A DNA stretch of 63,863 nucleotides, the filler included, from Folioceros fuciformis (Eukaryota): the NCBI GenBank assembly GCA_049999805.1. It is 21 parts of 21 records of this genome, joined end to end, with 100 filler letters (N's around TTAATTAATTAA, not from the genome) between each part and the next. Parts side by side here need not be neighbours in the genome. Positions count along the whole stretch, not along the records: positions 22,889 to 24,656 come from JBNGIO010000552.1; positions 24,757 to 26,579 come from JBNGIO010000553.1; positions 26,680 to 30,397 come from JBNGIO010000554.1; positions 30,498 to 31,667 come from JBNGIO010000555.1; positions 31,768 to 33,967 come from JBNGIO010000556.1; positions 34,068 to 35,679 come from JBNGIO010000557.1; 15 more parts are not named here. One strand, 5' to 3'. A program made the position numbers and the translations under genes. Positions 23,712-35,779 of the stretch are shown here, one piece after another. Position 1 is the first letter of the stretch. Each line of letters begins with the position of its first letter. The notes below the pieces were generated by a model. That model had not been told where the DNA came from, did no database searches, and saw only the letters and a program-made list of their open reading frames with translations.

Positions 23712-24573
23712 TGCGGGCTGCTGCTGTAAAATGAATTGCATGTGAACGGGTATTGAAACAGGCTGTGCCTAATAAATCATTGACCGTAATAACATTGTTA
23801 AATATGCCACGGGTCGCCATACAATTGCGTCGGAGTTTTTTTTATGTTGGGTGTGTCAGTAGCTCCGGCCCCTTTGGTTTTTTTGAAGTGAGAGAAGCTG
23901 CCATGTCACCATGGCATTACCGCGCAGTGTACAAGGGCTTTACATGCACCACCCAATCCCGCCTCCCCATTTCTTGACAGGGTGGTCATGACCACCCTAG
24001 TGTAAACCCGGCCTGATGCTGACTGACCTATACCAAGTGTACATACTCCTCTAACGATTGTTTTATTGCTCTTCTTGTCGGTTATGGTGCACACGTGGGC
24101 TCGCGCTTGCAGCCCAGGCCTGTGGGTTCAGTGTTGAAAGCATGTCAGGCTTGACTCCAGTCGTGAGAACAGCCGGTGCAGTCGATGACGATCCTGTGAG
24201 TGCCTTCCGCACTCAGTTGACCTCCTGTGTACACTCGGCAAAAGCAAGAACACTCCTGACTGACCGGCATGATCCATATAAAGCTGCAGGGCACCTCCGG
24301 TCTCCATACCTCAACAGGAATTCTGAGCAGACTGTTCATCTGTTCCAGTTGAGCTGAGGAACATCTGCCTTTGATCGACACCAGAAGGTTACAGTTCACA
24401 ACTTCGCGGACAAGGCTGACTGGCTGAATCAGCCATCGGCTTTCGTTTTGTTGGAGGAATTCGGTGGGAGAGAGTGGTGCGGATCGCACGCATCGCAAGC
24501 ACCAGCTTCGAACTCACACGTGAATTCTCAGAGCTGGAACTCGTACTTTTTTAACGTACAAGCAAGGTTCGAG

Positions 24574-24656
24574 ATGGCAACAAGCGTCCAGATTATGGTG
24601 GTGGCCGCCGCTGCTGTGCTCTTCTTCCTTGCTTCTGCGCCAGGTTTCATCCTGGC
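24574..24656 (+). CDS. Possible 5' end of a secreted-protein gene (signal peptide), truncated by the contig end
   Basis: GAGATGGCA Kozak-like context; MATSVQIMVVAAAAVLFFLASAPG is signal-peptide-like. Confidence 0.35.
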
Positions 24657-24756
24657 NNNNNNNNNNNNNNNNNNNNNNNNNNNNNNNNNNNNNNNNNNNN
24701 TTAATTAATTAANNNNNNNNNNNNNNNNNNNNNNNNNNNNNNNNNNNNNNNNNNNN

Positions 24757-25123
24757 TCAGCCTTGGTGTCTGCATCGGTCCACGTGATGCTGGTTGGAAT
24801 GCCGGAATAAAGATTGAGGAAAGCTGGTCTAGAGAAGGTCTTAGAAAATCCTCCTCTGCCACCATAACCACAATTTGATATGTTTCTCGGCATTGCAACC
24901 TACAGCATCATCAGCAGCATTCTCTGCTCTGATACCATAAGAAAAATAAGGAATGCTAGAAACGTGTCAAGGCAGCTTGACATAGTGTGTGCAATAGCCA
25001 GCAAGCAATAAGGAATAACAAAATAATGAATTGGATAAACGTCAATGAACATAGAGTTGTTTATATAGTTTAAACCTAATACGCCTAGGTTAACATTAAT
25101 ATACTTAACGTATATTTTTCATA
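24757..25123 (-). mobile_element. 5' end of an LTR retrotransposon: 186-bp LTR (25123-24938), PBS for tRNA-iMet (24937-24926) and leader
   Basis: Reverse complement TATGAAAAATA...TATTTTTCTTA-TGGTATCAGAGC. Near-identical second copy at 50243-50584, diverging exactly at the LTR end. Confidence 0.9.
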
Positions 25124-25522
25124 GAAGCCCATGTTACTTGGCACAAATTATTCCCTTGGGAGCCAATCCCATGGCTACAACGACATAGAGGGTAAGTGTG
25201 GGCCTCGCGGTGTCCCCAGACACAACATTTTACCCCGCACCTCATGCAGCTGATCTACACCCACAATATAGTGCACCATAACACATGACCCAGCGGACGT
25301 TGGGTTCACAAACCCCACAGCAGAGCTCAGTTTGTAGAACCCACCAAAGGTTTGCAGGTGCAACCGATATGGGCAACAGAGTGTCACCCGAAAGTCGATT
25401 GACCTGGACACCAGCAAGAGGACCCTAAGAACCATGGAAGCTGACCTTAGAACACAATGAGCATAGGGTGCAGACTTTTAACAAGCGTGCGTGTGGATGA
25501 AGTACCTACATAACCAACTCGG

Positions 25523-26579
25523 TCAAAGTGCATCGCCGGTCATCTGCTCTAGGTACTTTTGATAATCAGGAGCCAGCCAGTATAGTTGGATAGTGTTCTT
25601 TGGTTCCTTCACACATTTGGCCACCGGATCCAATGGGATCTTGCTAGCAAGTACCATGTCCTATTCCATCCTGGTTGGGACACCACGGTCACCCCTATCC
25701 AAGAGCTGGAACACCGACTGGTCGCCTGGCATTACTTCCAAGTACAAAGCACGAACCATTATGGTTCCCATTTCAAATACCTCTCCACCCCACGCCGAGT
25801 CAACATAGTCTTCCTACAAAACTTCAAGAAGAGATAATGCCTTCAATAGATAGAATTTGACTTTCTCGGCAGAGCCAGCACCATGAACGTGTCACTAGCT
25901 TCTATATTTCTCCACCCTCCTTGACTTCATTGGGGCCCTCCATCCGCTTCGCTGGGACACAAACTTTCCTCGGGCAGCCCTGTCCTTGAGATTTGCCGCC
26001 TTTACATTTAAGGGGTCCAAGCTTTGGCTCTTGATAACCTTGCGGTCTGTGCCTAGTTTGTCTTCGGTGGCCTACACCCTCTTCCTCTTCCATGGGCACA
26101 CAGGTCACCTTGGTGACATGGTGATGGTCTACACCTATGGGCATTTCATCCCCCACTACTTGGCCATCTTCTACGATAGAGGATTTGTGCACATCTATGG
26201 TCAATTCCCCATCCTTGTCCAATTCACCACCCCCGGCACTATCTATCACGAGAACGCCATCTACCTGGTCAGTTGTCCCTTCGGTCCCATTCAGCATTTG
26301 ACCATCAGCTACAACATCTATCTCGTTAGCCACTTCACCATTTGCTGCCAAATCTTGATGTCGGGCAACTTCTCCTTTAGCATGTGGCACTTCTAATATG
26401 TTGTCCAATACATCACGACTTAGCAATTCACACTGGTTTGCCACATCGCCGCACGATGCCACTTCACCGTCCAATGCCACACCGCCGCCCGATTCCACAT
26501 CATCGCCCACTGCCACATCACTGTCCAATGCCACATCGCTGCCCAATGCCAGTATTGCTTGCAGTGGCAATAGGGCTGG
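25523..26579 (-). pseudogene. Degenerate ORF: acidic low-complexity region followed by a small globular C-terminal domain, probably from a DNA transposon
   Basis: ORF 26570-25902 is D/V/G-rich. After stops and frameshifts: SDTFMVLA..EKVKFYLLKA..EDYVDSAWGGEVFEMGTIMVRALYLE..DMVLASKIPL..YWL, stop at 25523. Confidence 0.4.
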
Positions 26580-26679
26580 NNNNNNNNNNNNNNNNNNNNN
26601 NNNNNNNNNNNNNNNNNNNNNNNTTAATTAATTAANNNNNNNNNNNNNNNNNNNNNNNNNNNNNNNNNNNNNNNNNNNN

Positions 26680-26965
26680 AACACAGTAGGGTCCAGCGGC
26701 GGCGTCTCAAGCCTGCACATAAACTGTAGTTCAAGGTGGCGGCGACCTGGACGGGACAGCAACGAAGAAGTGGATAACGTTTCGTCTAGTTACGTTTCTT
26801 TAGCTTGAAGTTCGTAGAATTCTTACTTGTAGGTTAGTTATTAAAACTATATAACTAGCCTAACTCCTGAGTGGGAGTGAAACAATAGTTAAGTTAGTAC
26901 AGTCATTAGGCTAGGATTAAACCCGAACTCGACGGGTTCCGGTCGTTGTAACCGTTTCACGTGAC
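26680..26965 (-). mobile_element. Possible LTR segment
   Basis: Minus strand begins TGTCACGTGAAA; AT-rich TAGTTA/TATATAA core resembles the other LTRs in this window. No second copy seen. Confidence 0.35.
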
Positions 26966-27149
26966 ACACAAAAGTGTGCCACGCCTGATGAATCGATTGA
27001 TCCTAAGCAAGCTAAACTTCGCATTCTGTGTGGTTGCCAAACCACATACCTCCGCGTCGTGTGCGGAAATATCTGTCCATGTTGGGCACGCTTATGATGA
27101 GCAGACCTTACAATTCGACAATCGGATTCTCAGGTCAAGTGTGAATCTT

Positions 27150-27730
27150 GATGGGCACTTGTCTGTAGCATCCCTCCAGGCTTGTACAAGACGAGCAGAC
27201 CTGAAATATGGGCAGCAGGGCTATGCTGATGTATTGGGTACTGGAGCTGAGCCTGAGTTGTTTGCTTGTAGCTGCCCGGTAGACATGTGTGCAACGTGTG
27301 GCAATTTGGAAGATGCTGAAGGAGTTTTTGACGGGCTTCCTAGAAGCGATCCTGTGACTTGAAGTTCTTTTGTAGCAGGATATTCCCACCAGGGCATGGG
27401 ACAGGAATCCCTTCGTCTTTACTGGGCAGTGCAAGAAGAAGGCTTGGCTACACCCATTTCTGTGATGTTCGTCTCCCTGTTGCAGGACGTGCAAGTATGG
27501 GCAGGTTCGGCTTTGTGGGCGAGGAAGCAGCTTCGTGCACAGATCTCAGAGCGAGGGATTCAGGAGGATGTAGTTGTTGGCGCGAGCCCGGTACACATTT
27601 ATGTGAAGTGTGGGAGCATGGAAGATGCTCTGGGCGTGTTTGAGGGTCTTGGTAAGGGCACGGTGGTGACATGAAATGCCATGGTAGCAAGATGTTCCAT
27701 GAAGGGCATGGGCCTCAAAGCCTTGGTGTC
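27150..27730 (+). pseudogene. PLS-class PPR pseudogene
   Basis: VDMCATCGNLEDAEGVFDGL..DPVT*SSFVAGYSHQGMGQESLRLY..ERGIQEDVVVGASPVHIYVKCGSMEDALGVF..VVT*NAMVA; both conserved Trp codons have become TGA. Confidence 0.85.
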
Positions 27731-28555
27731 GGCTCCCTCAATGCTTGCAGGTCGACAACTTTCCGATCGTATGGGCAGAGAATTTTAAATAGCGACGACC
27801 ATGAACTGCTTGCTTTCCCTCTCTAATATATCTCCAGGTTGAGGAGCCACCAAGCTTCAAACCCATGACTCTATTTCACTGCATCACGCAAAAACTCTTG
27901 CTACTAAGCTTCCCCATCCTAACAAGCTACCACCTACGTAACATAACAGGAGGGAGTCTTTTTTTTTTTAATTTTGAAAAGCATAGTTCTTCTAAGAATC
28001 ATAGCTTTTATCTTTATAACTTTTATTTATTTTAGAAAACCAAGATGAAAAACCATCTACCTAAACGAATCTTAGGGTAGATAAATCATATTGGGATACT
28101 AGTTCATGATTGGGATACTAAATGCTAAACCCTTATGCACAAAATCAAAAGGTTTTAGAGGAACCCCAAAACTCATAATCCCTACAAGGAGGTAATGTGC
28201 CCCCTTAACTATTGACATGGCAAAGTGATGCTTAGAGGGGACCAAACTCTACACTTTGTAAACGTGACTCTTAATTCCTTCTTAAAGAGATTTAAGGAGA
28301 AGAGATCAAAGGGTAGTTAGACTTTGTCTCTTTGGCCCAAGTATATAAGTAGCGTTGATTACAAAAGGGAAAAGGCATTCTCGAAACGTCGTTGAATGCT
28401 CGAAATGAACCATAGCAAAAATAGCAACCACCACAAAATCCTCTTAACAATATTTCAAATAAATCAGGTTTGTCCTATTTCAAATAAATCGGGTTTGTCC
28501 TCAAACCCTTCTATTGCCTTTTACTCTAGTCATATAGCACCGCACTACCCTTCAC

Positions 28556-28701
28556 GAATGCTCTTTTATGCAAGTCAAGGGTTTGAGAAGGCCAACGGCT
28601 ACCAAGAATGCTCTTTTATGCAAGTCAAGGGTTTGAGAAGGCCAACGGCTACCAAGAATGCTCTTTTATGCAAGTCAAGGGTTTGAGAAGGCCAACAGCT
28701 A
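28556..28701. repeat. 50-bp tandem repeat, about 3 copies
   Basis: GAATGCTCTTTTATGCAAGTCAAGGGTTTGAGAAGGCCAACGGCTACCAA repeated. Confidence 0.95.
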
Positions 28702-29791
28702 TTGTTATACGAATTTACATATTTTTATTGTATGAGGAAAGCATACATTAATATAAGGCACGCTTCAAAAATGTTTTACAATTCAGCTGTTTTTCAGGTG
28801 TACTATAGTACCTAGACACACACAAATATCCGCTCGTGTACTGACATGCATGCAACCTATCTAGCGAAAGATCTTATCCTGGAATCGTACAGATTCTAAC
28901 CTTTCAATCATGGGACAATTATGTCGTTCCTTGTCTCCAATTGGTTTGCCATTGGATTTGGCTCTTCAGGTTTGTTTGCAAGTGAAACCGCCTACAAAAT
29001 GTTTCTAAACAATGTACCTTGTAAAAGGCGTTTAAACCTCCAAGGATGCAAAATACGTTGTAAAAGGAGTTTAGACATCAAAGGATGCAAAATACAGTTA
29101 AAAATCTTCATACTTACTCAAGGTTTAGATCATCAAAAGAAAGATGAGGACTAGTCAAGATGAACTCATATTCTCACTACAAAACTATGTCAAAAAAGGT
29201 TAAAAATGATCAAAACGAACTTTTCATACAAAAAAATTAAAAAAAAGGAAATGGGGGAAAATAACTATAAAACCTTGAAGCCATGGCCCGCATAGGTGTG
29301 TGCCACTGCTTAGAAAACGAGATGTTTTTTTGGTTTTTTGGCTATTTTTTAGGATGTTTTTGACCATTTTATGTTAAAATGTGTGTTAGTTAGTTTATGG
29401 ATCACACTTAATCGAACCAGCTCGGCCATCATGAAACCCTAGGATTTGAATCTTTAGCCTTGTGAACAACTCTTTTGGGAAGCGTTCAAGGTCACTATAA
29501 TATCTTGAACATTGCTACGACATCTCTTCAACACTTTGTGTTGAAGGAAGAGGAAGAAGGGAGTGCCGGCTTGTCGTGTCTTTGAATGGCCTTGAGTTCC
29601 ATAATATGTTACCATGGTTGCAGATGCATGGATTGCACTTTGTCGTGCTCCTAGCATCATCTGTTGTGAGCACTTCAGTTCAGTCCATCAGCTGCAAGGC
29701 TAATGTCTTGTGCACTAAGAAAAAGAGAACAAAAAGATTGTCCATGCCTTCCAAGATGTTAGGCTACTCACATGCCCCATAGCTCACTCTA

Positions 29792-30286
29792 TGTCGTAAA
29801 GCTGCAAAAAGGGGGCTGCCCTCGTCGGGCTGTCCAGAGTTGGTAAGTCACTAGCGGGATGCCACCATCTCCCTTACACCCACAATTTGCACCAAATAGC
29901 TCTTTCTTTCATAGACGGCTAGTGAACAACCAAAAAAAGGGTTTAGGTCTTCTAGTGGTTCCTCTAATGAGCAACTTCGACAACTGCCTTTCTCCTCACT
30001 GTGTTCGGTCTCTTTGTTTGGTGCTCTTCCAAGCCGTTTCCCGTGGGCTATATGAGCCCACGCACTTCTAGTGAGCAAGTAGCCCTAGCTAGTATTTCAG
30101 CCATTTACGTAATTTAGGTTGAGACAGTTCTTTTACCTATTACTTATCTTATTTTCTATTATTAAATCAGCTAATTTAGGTGGATTTAGTTTTATCACCT
30201 GTTATCTAATCAGCTGAATTCCACTAAACTATCACGTTCACCATGACGGTCTACTATATGTCCATTTTTGCCACAATTTCACGACA
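29792..30286. mobile_element. Probable solo LTR (~495 bp)
   Basis: Termini TGTCGTAAA...TTTCACGACA are inverted (TG..CA). No 5-bp TSD; the flanks carry a long direct duplication instead. Confidence 0.5.
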
Positions 30287-30497
30287 GTTGTCGTGCTCCC
30301 AGCATCAGCTGTTGTGAGCACTTCAGTTCAATCCATCAGCTGCAAGGCTAATATCTTGTGCACTAAGAAAAAGAAAACAAAAAGATTTTCCATGCCTNNN
30401 NNNNNNNNNNNNNNNNNNNNNNNNNNNNNNNNNNNNNNNNNTTAATTAATTAANNNNNNNNNNNNNNNNNNNNNNNNNNNNNNNNNNNNNNNNNNNN

Positions 30498-31667
30498 GGG
30501 TATGCACAGCAAGGACTCGGCCAAGAGGCACTTGTTGTGTATGGACAAATGGAGGAGGCGGGCTTCGTGGTGGCTGACCAGGTTACTTTTGCCTGCCTTC
30601 TGAAGGCGTGTGCAAGCACTGGTGCGTTGCAGAAGGGCAGGGAGCTTCACTCACAGATTATCAAGAGGGAACTGCAGGATAATATAGTGGTGGGAAACTG
30701 CCTGGTGGACATGTATGCAAAATGTGGTGAGCTGGAAGATGCCCGCCAGGTTTTTGACGGCTTGGGCTCGAAGGATGTGGTGACATGGACAGCCATGATC
30801 GCTGGGTATGCCCAGCAAGGACTCGGGCAAGAGGCGCTTGTTGTGTATGGACAGATGGAGGACGCAGGCCTCCTTTTGGCTAATGATGTGACTTTTGCTT
30901 GCCTTCTGAAGGCGTGTGCAAGCACTGGTGCCTTGCAGAAGGGCAGGGAGCTTCACTCACAGATTGTCCACAGAGGTCTGCTGGATGATGTAGTCGTGGG
31001 AACCTGCCTAGTGGACATGTATGCCAAATGTGGTGAGCTGGCATCTGCACGCCAGGTTTTTGACAGCATGGGCTCGAAGGATGTGGTGACATGGACGGCC
31101 CTGATTGCTGAGTATGCACAGCAAGGACTCGGTGAAGAGGCGCTTGTTGTGTATGCACAGATGGAGGAAGCAGGCCTCGTTTTGGCTAATGATGTTACCT
31201 TTGCTTGCCTTCTGAAGGCGTGTGCAAGCAGTGGTGCGTTGCAGAAGGGCAGGGAGCTTCACTCACAGATTTTCCACAGAGGTCTGCTGGATAATGTAGT
31301 GGTGCGAACCTGCCTGGTGCACATGTATGCGAAATGTGGTGAGCTGGAAGATGCACGCCAGGTTTTTGACAGCATGGCCTCGAAGGATGTGGTGACATGG
31401 ACGGCCTTGATTGCTGCGTATGCAGAGCAAGGACTCGGCCAAGAGGCACTTGTTCTGTATGGACACATGGAGGAGGCAGGCCTCGTTTTGGCTAATGATG
31501 TTACCTTTGCTTGCATTCTGAAGGCGTGTGCAAGCACTGGTGCCTTGCAGAAGGGCAGGGAGCTTCACTCACAGATTGTTGAAAGAGGTCTGCTGGATAA
31601 TGTAGTGGTGGGAACCTGCCTGGTGGACATGTATGCGAAATGTGGTGAGGTGGAAGATGCACGCCAG
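30498..31667 (+). CDS. PLS-class pentatricopeptide repeat protein, internal fragment (likely an organellar RNA-editing factor)
   Basis: Open across the whole contig; about 4 near-identical P-L-S triplets of ~102 aa (VVTWTA.IA.YAQQGLG.EAL / DVTFACLLKACAS.GALQKGRELH / VVVGTCLVDMYAKCGELEDARQVFD). Confidence 0.93.
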
Positions 31668-31767
31668 NNNNNNNNNNNNNNNNNNNNNNNNNNNNNNNNN
31701 NNNNNNNNNNNTTAATTAATTAANNNNNNNNNNNNNNNNNNNNNNNNNNNNNNNNNNNNNNNNNNNN

Positions 31768-32295
31768 GCCAGGGCACTGGGCAAGAGATTGCAGACTCAA
31801 GCAAAGAGATGATGCTGGAAAAGGAAAACAACACAAAACAAATGTGACAAGAGCAACCACACCTGGTTTACTTGTGTCTTGTCTCTCCTCAGTTACAACT
31901 AGTAAGAACCAAAGGTTCTTAGATAGTGGGGCTTCTAACCGCATGTGTTCTTCTAAAGAAGTCTTTTCTCAACTACAGAGAGGCTCCAAGTGAGCATGCT
32001 GTTGTTCTAGGAGATAATTCCCACATTCCTATTAGAGGGATAGGAACAGTTGTCATTACCTTGCAAAATGGCAAAACTTGGGAGTTAGAAAATGTGTTGC
32101 ATGTTCCAGCATTGAAGAAAAATCTCGTGAGTACTATGGCTTTGGGAAAGACAGGCCTGTAGAGAATTCTGTTTGAGGGTCTTAAGTGTGTTATAACAAG
32201 AACAGACACACCCACAGACGTCATTGCTAGATGCACCCCCTTATATGACCTGTACATACTCAATTTTGTCTTAGATGTCCATCCACAGTCTGCAC
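31768..32295 (+). mobile_element. Ty1/copia gag knuckle and protease fragment
   Basis: GHWARDCRLK, FLDSGASNRMCS, VVLGDNSHIPIRGIGTV, ENVLHVPALKKNLVS. Confidence 0.85.
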
Positions 32296-32317
32296 AATTA
32301 ATAGAGAAGGGAGTTAG

Positions 32318-32644
32318 TGTAGGATCACTAGAGGAGCATGGTGGAGGAGAGGAGAAGAGGAGGCAGAGAGGAGAGGAGAAAAAGAGGTCACATTGAGAGT
32401 GGTTGGCAAGGGAGCTCAAGGGGGTATTTATACCCTCTAGAAGAGCTCCCTAGGAAGCTTCACAAGAAGCTCACAGGAAGCTGCGCAAGAAGCTTCCTAC
32501 AGATTAGCTTAATCTAATCTAAACTAATGATACTTAACTAGACACTAATCTTAGACTAAACACATTAGTCTAAGCACATTAACTAGACACTAATCTTAGA
32601 CTAAACACATTAGCCTAAGCACATTGGGCTTTAATAACCCTACA
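32318..32644 (-). mobile_element. Solo LTR (327 bp) of a copia family
   Basis: TGTAGG...CCTACA termini; flanks GTTAG/TTTAG (5-bp TSD, one mismatch). Homologous to 34068-34300 and 36865-37203. Confidence 0.85.
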
Positions 32645-34067
32645 TTTAGTAAGTCTGCCCTAGCATTTAAATGGCACTATAGGTTGGGACATCCAAATAT
32701 TTAGGCTATGAGATGTTTTGTGGAGGCAAAACCCCGGGCATGGATTGCCGACGGGTTCCACCTTTAGTGGCCACACTTATCCCACTGTCATTGAGACATT
32801 GGGTTCCGTTCCCATGAAGGAGCGATGGGGTTCCTTGCTACTGTGGATGGAGGGTCAGACTCAATCGACTCGATGATGGATTTGAGGGCTCCCCTCCAGC
32901 TCCGATCAGGCGTAGGACAGGCCTCACTGTCCAGCGGTCACTTGCACCTCTCTCAATGCCCACAAACTCACTCCAGTCACTACAACGACCCTAACCTCTC
33001 AGATCTGCGACTTCCCTCACTCACTTCACTCGCTCTCTCACTCTAGCACCAACACCAGCAACTAACAACGACACCACTACCTTCTACACTTCCCTATTGA
33101 CTCCTCCTACCCGACAAGAGTCACTAGAGTGACCCCAAAGAAAAGAAAGAAGGGAACACACTCTCCTCTCGGATATCTCCTCCCACACTTGTCCAAACAG
33201 GGAACAAGAGTGGACAGGTTTGAGAGAAAGACACATCCTTTACAATCAAGAGCTAGGGGCAAGCCCCTTCACCCTGGTCATTACACCTTGTGATCCTACC
33301 GGACACTGTACAACCGGCAACACACGGCTTGCGATCCTACCAGACGTTGCACAATCGGCAACACACTGCAGGTCCTAACCCAAGCAAGGACAGACCACAA
33401 GAGCTCATGTAGAGAGTACCTCCAAGAGCTCATGAAGTGATAGACTGACTCCTAAAGTGAACGACTACCTCCTTCTACAGGCTCACCTGATCTTATAGAA
33501 GTCTCTCTCTCTCTGACTTCACCTCTCTCTAACTTGACAAATATTATTTTAATAGGACCACTAGCCTAGCTGGCTATCACCAACCACTTATTTAGACTTC
33601 TAGCACATCCTGCCACCAATGAGCTGGCCCTACCACCACAAGGATCTACCACCTCTTAGACTATCCTGCGACTTCGGAGTATGTCTGATCGATTTGCGAA
33701 CGCCGCCTCTTCCTTGCTGGATGGCCGCCCGCTAAGTCTTGCCCTGCAACTGTTCACCCTTGGTGGCTGAGCCAGCCTCTAGGGGAGGAGCATGAGCAAT
33801 GGGAAAGATAGAGAAGAGGTGGAAAGGAGTGGGATCAGCAGCTGGAACCTGGCCTGAAAACGGTAGCTTATTCAGCGGAATCAGCTTCCTGCCAAAAGGG
33901 TTCCTCGGCCATGAAAGACTGACTCTAGGGTGCTGGAATAGGCCCCAAACTAGGAGGAAAAGAAAGCNNNNNNNNNNNNNNNNNNNNNNNNNNNNNNNNN
34001 NNNNNNNNNNNTTAATTAATTAANNNNNNNNNNNNNNNNNNNNNNNNNNNNNNNNNNNNNNNNNNNN

Positions 34068-34300
34068 AGGAGGAGAGGTCACACTCTCACAATAGAGTCT
34101 CTAATAGCAAGAGAGCTCAAGGGGGTATTTATACCCTCTAGAAGAGCTCCCTAGGAAGCTTGACAAGAAGCGCACAGGAAGTTGCGCAAGAAGCTTCCTA
34201 CAGATTAGCTTAAGCTAATCTAAACTAATGATACTTAACTAGACACTAATCTTAGACTAAACACATTAGTCTAATCATATTGGGCGTTAGTAACCCTACA
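34068..34300 (-). mobile_element. Partial LTR of the same copia family, inserted into another copia pol
   Basis: Shares GAGCTCAAGGGGGTATTTATACCCTCTAGAAG...AACCCTACA with 32318-32644. Confidence 0.85.
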
Positions 34301-34822
34301 CATACTACTTCCCAGACTGAATGCATATCCACTGGTTGATCTTCTGTCATACGCACAACTAGCCCAATCAACATTTGTATATCCTGTCAGTTCAAGATGC
34401 TTCCTATGCTCATAGAGCTATCTAAACTCAGTAGTTCCTTTCACATATCTCATGATTCTTCTAACTGCATCCAAATGCGGTTTCCTTGGGTTCTGCATGA
34501 ATTGACTAATCAGTCCTACTACATAACTTAAGTCAAGACGTGTGATAGTCAAGTATATCAAACTTTCGACCATCTAGCGATACATGGTCATATTTTCCAG
34601 CTCAGTTCTTACATCCATTTGCAACTTGACGTTCTGCTCCAATGGTGTATCCATCGCTTTGCAATTTGCCATGCCATACTTCTGCAGCATATCCTTAGCA
34701 TATTGTTTTTGCAATAGCCAGATTCCTTGAGGTGTAGACACAACCTCAATTCCTAAGAAGTATTTGAGTTCACCAAGATCCTTCACCTTGAACACTTTTT
34801 GCAGATTCACTTTGACATCTAC
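34301..34822 (-). mobile_element. Ty1/copia RT C-terminus and RNase H start
   Basis: KDLGELKYFLGIEV, YR*MVESLIYLTITRLDLSYVVGLISQFMQNPRKPHLDAVRRIMRY. Confidence 0.9.
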
Positions 34823-35330
34823 ATCTGATAAGCATAGGAGAGAAACTGTCTTCAATGTTGGGGATAAGGTTTGGGTGAAACTGAAGCATTTCACACTACC
34901 CCAAGATTTGTCTTTGAAGTTGAGACCAAAGTATGGAGGTCCATATGTTGTCTTGAAGCGCATTGAAGAAGTGGCTTACAAGTTGGACTTGCCTGATTGG
35001 ATTTTTGCACACAATGTGTTTCATGTGTCTATGTTGAAACCATTTGTGCTAGGCAAAGAGAAAGAAGACGTGTAAAGGAAGAAGTACAGTATCCTGATGC
35101 AACATGATCAAGGACTGTAGGAGATTGAGGAATTCCTTGCAAAAGGTAGTGTGGCTATGAGACGTGGAACTCTACCACATAGAACTCTACCACAGTACAT
35201 GGTAAAGTTGCATGGGATCTTAACACCAGTTTGGGTAACATTAGAGGATATCTAGAGAGGCTCCTAGATGATTGCTCGTTACACTGGTGATCACTGAGGA
35301 CAGTGATTTTTTCCTAATGGGGGAGGAAGT
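34823..35330 (+). mobile_element. Ty3/gypsy (chromovirus-like) integrase C-terminus, decayed chromodomain and PPT
   Basis: FNVGDKVWVK..KLRPKYGGPY..VAYKLDLP..HNVFHVSMLKPF (GPY/F module), then EIEEFL..YMVKL.G..W; PPT TGGGGGAGGAAG at ~35318-35329. Confidence 0.85.
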
Positions 35331-35535
35331 AACAACGTTGATTTGAGTGCCAAGCAAGTGAGCTCCATGAAGAGGCATTGTTTAGTAGAGCAAGTTCCTA
35401 AGAGCATGAGAAGCATGCAGCCCTAGGAAAATTGTGTAGTAGTGAATAATAACTTAAGACTTAAGTAAGTGCTTAAATAAATAGTTATTAAATTAGTAAT
35501 TAGAGCTTGTGTATAAAAGGGACAGGGCTAAGTAC

Positions 35536-35679
35536 AGTTCACTGAAGTTGAGATCAGTTGAGAGTTCACTGAAGTTGAGATGAGTTGAGAGTTCACTGAA
35601 GTTGAGAGTTCACTGAAGTTGAGATCAGTTGAGAGTTCACTGAAGTTGAGATCAGTTGAGAGTTCACTGAAGTTGAGAT
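35536..35679. repeat. 27-bp tandem repeat inside the gypsy LTR
   Basis: AGTTCACTGAAGTTGAGATCAGTTGAG about 5 times, including one 17-bp unit; runs into the contig end. Confidence 0.9.
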
Positions 35680-35779
35680 NNNNNNNNNNNNNNNNNNNNN
35701 NNNNNNNNNNNNNNNNNNNNNNNTTAATTAATTAANNNNNNNNNNNNNNNNNNNNNNNNNNNNNNNNNNNNNNNNNNNN

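Noticed and set aside
34574-35075. Overlapping ORFs 34574-34963 (-) and 34764-35075 (+) as novel fusion proteins
   Set aside because: They are chance read-throughs across a back-to-back copia/gypsy junction at ~34822.
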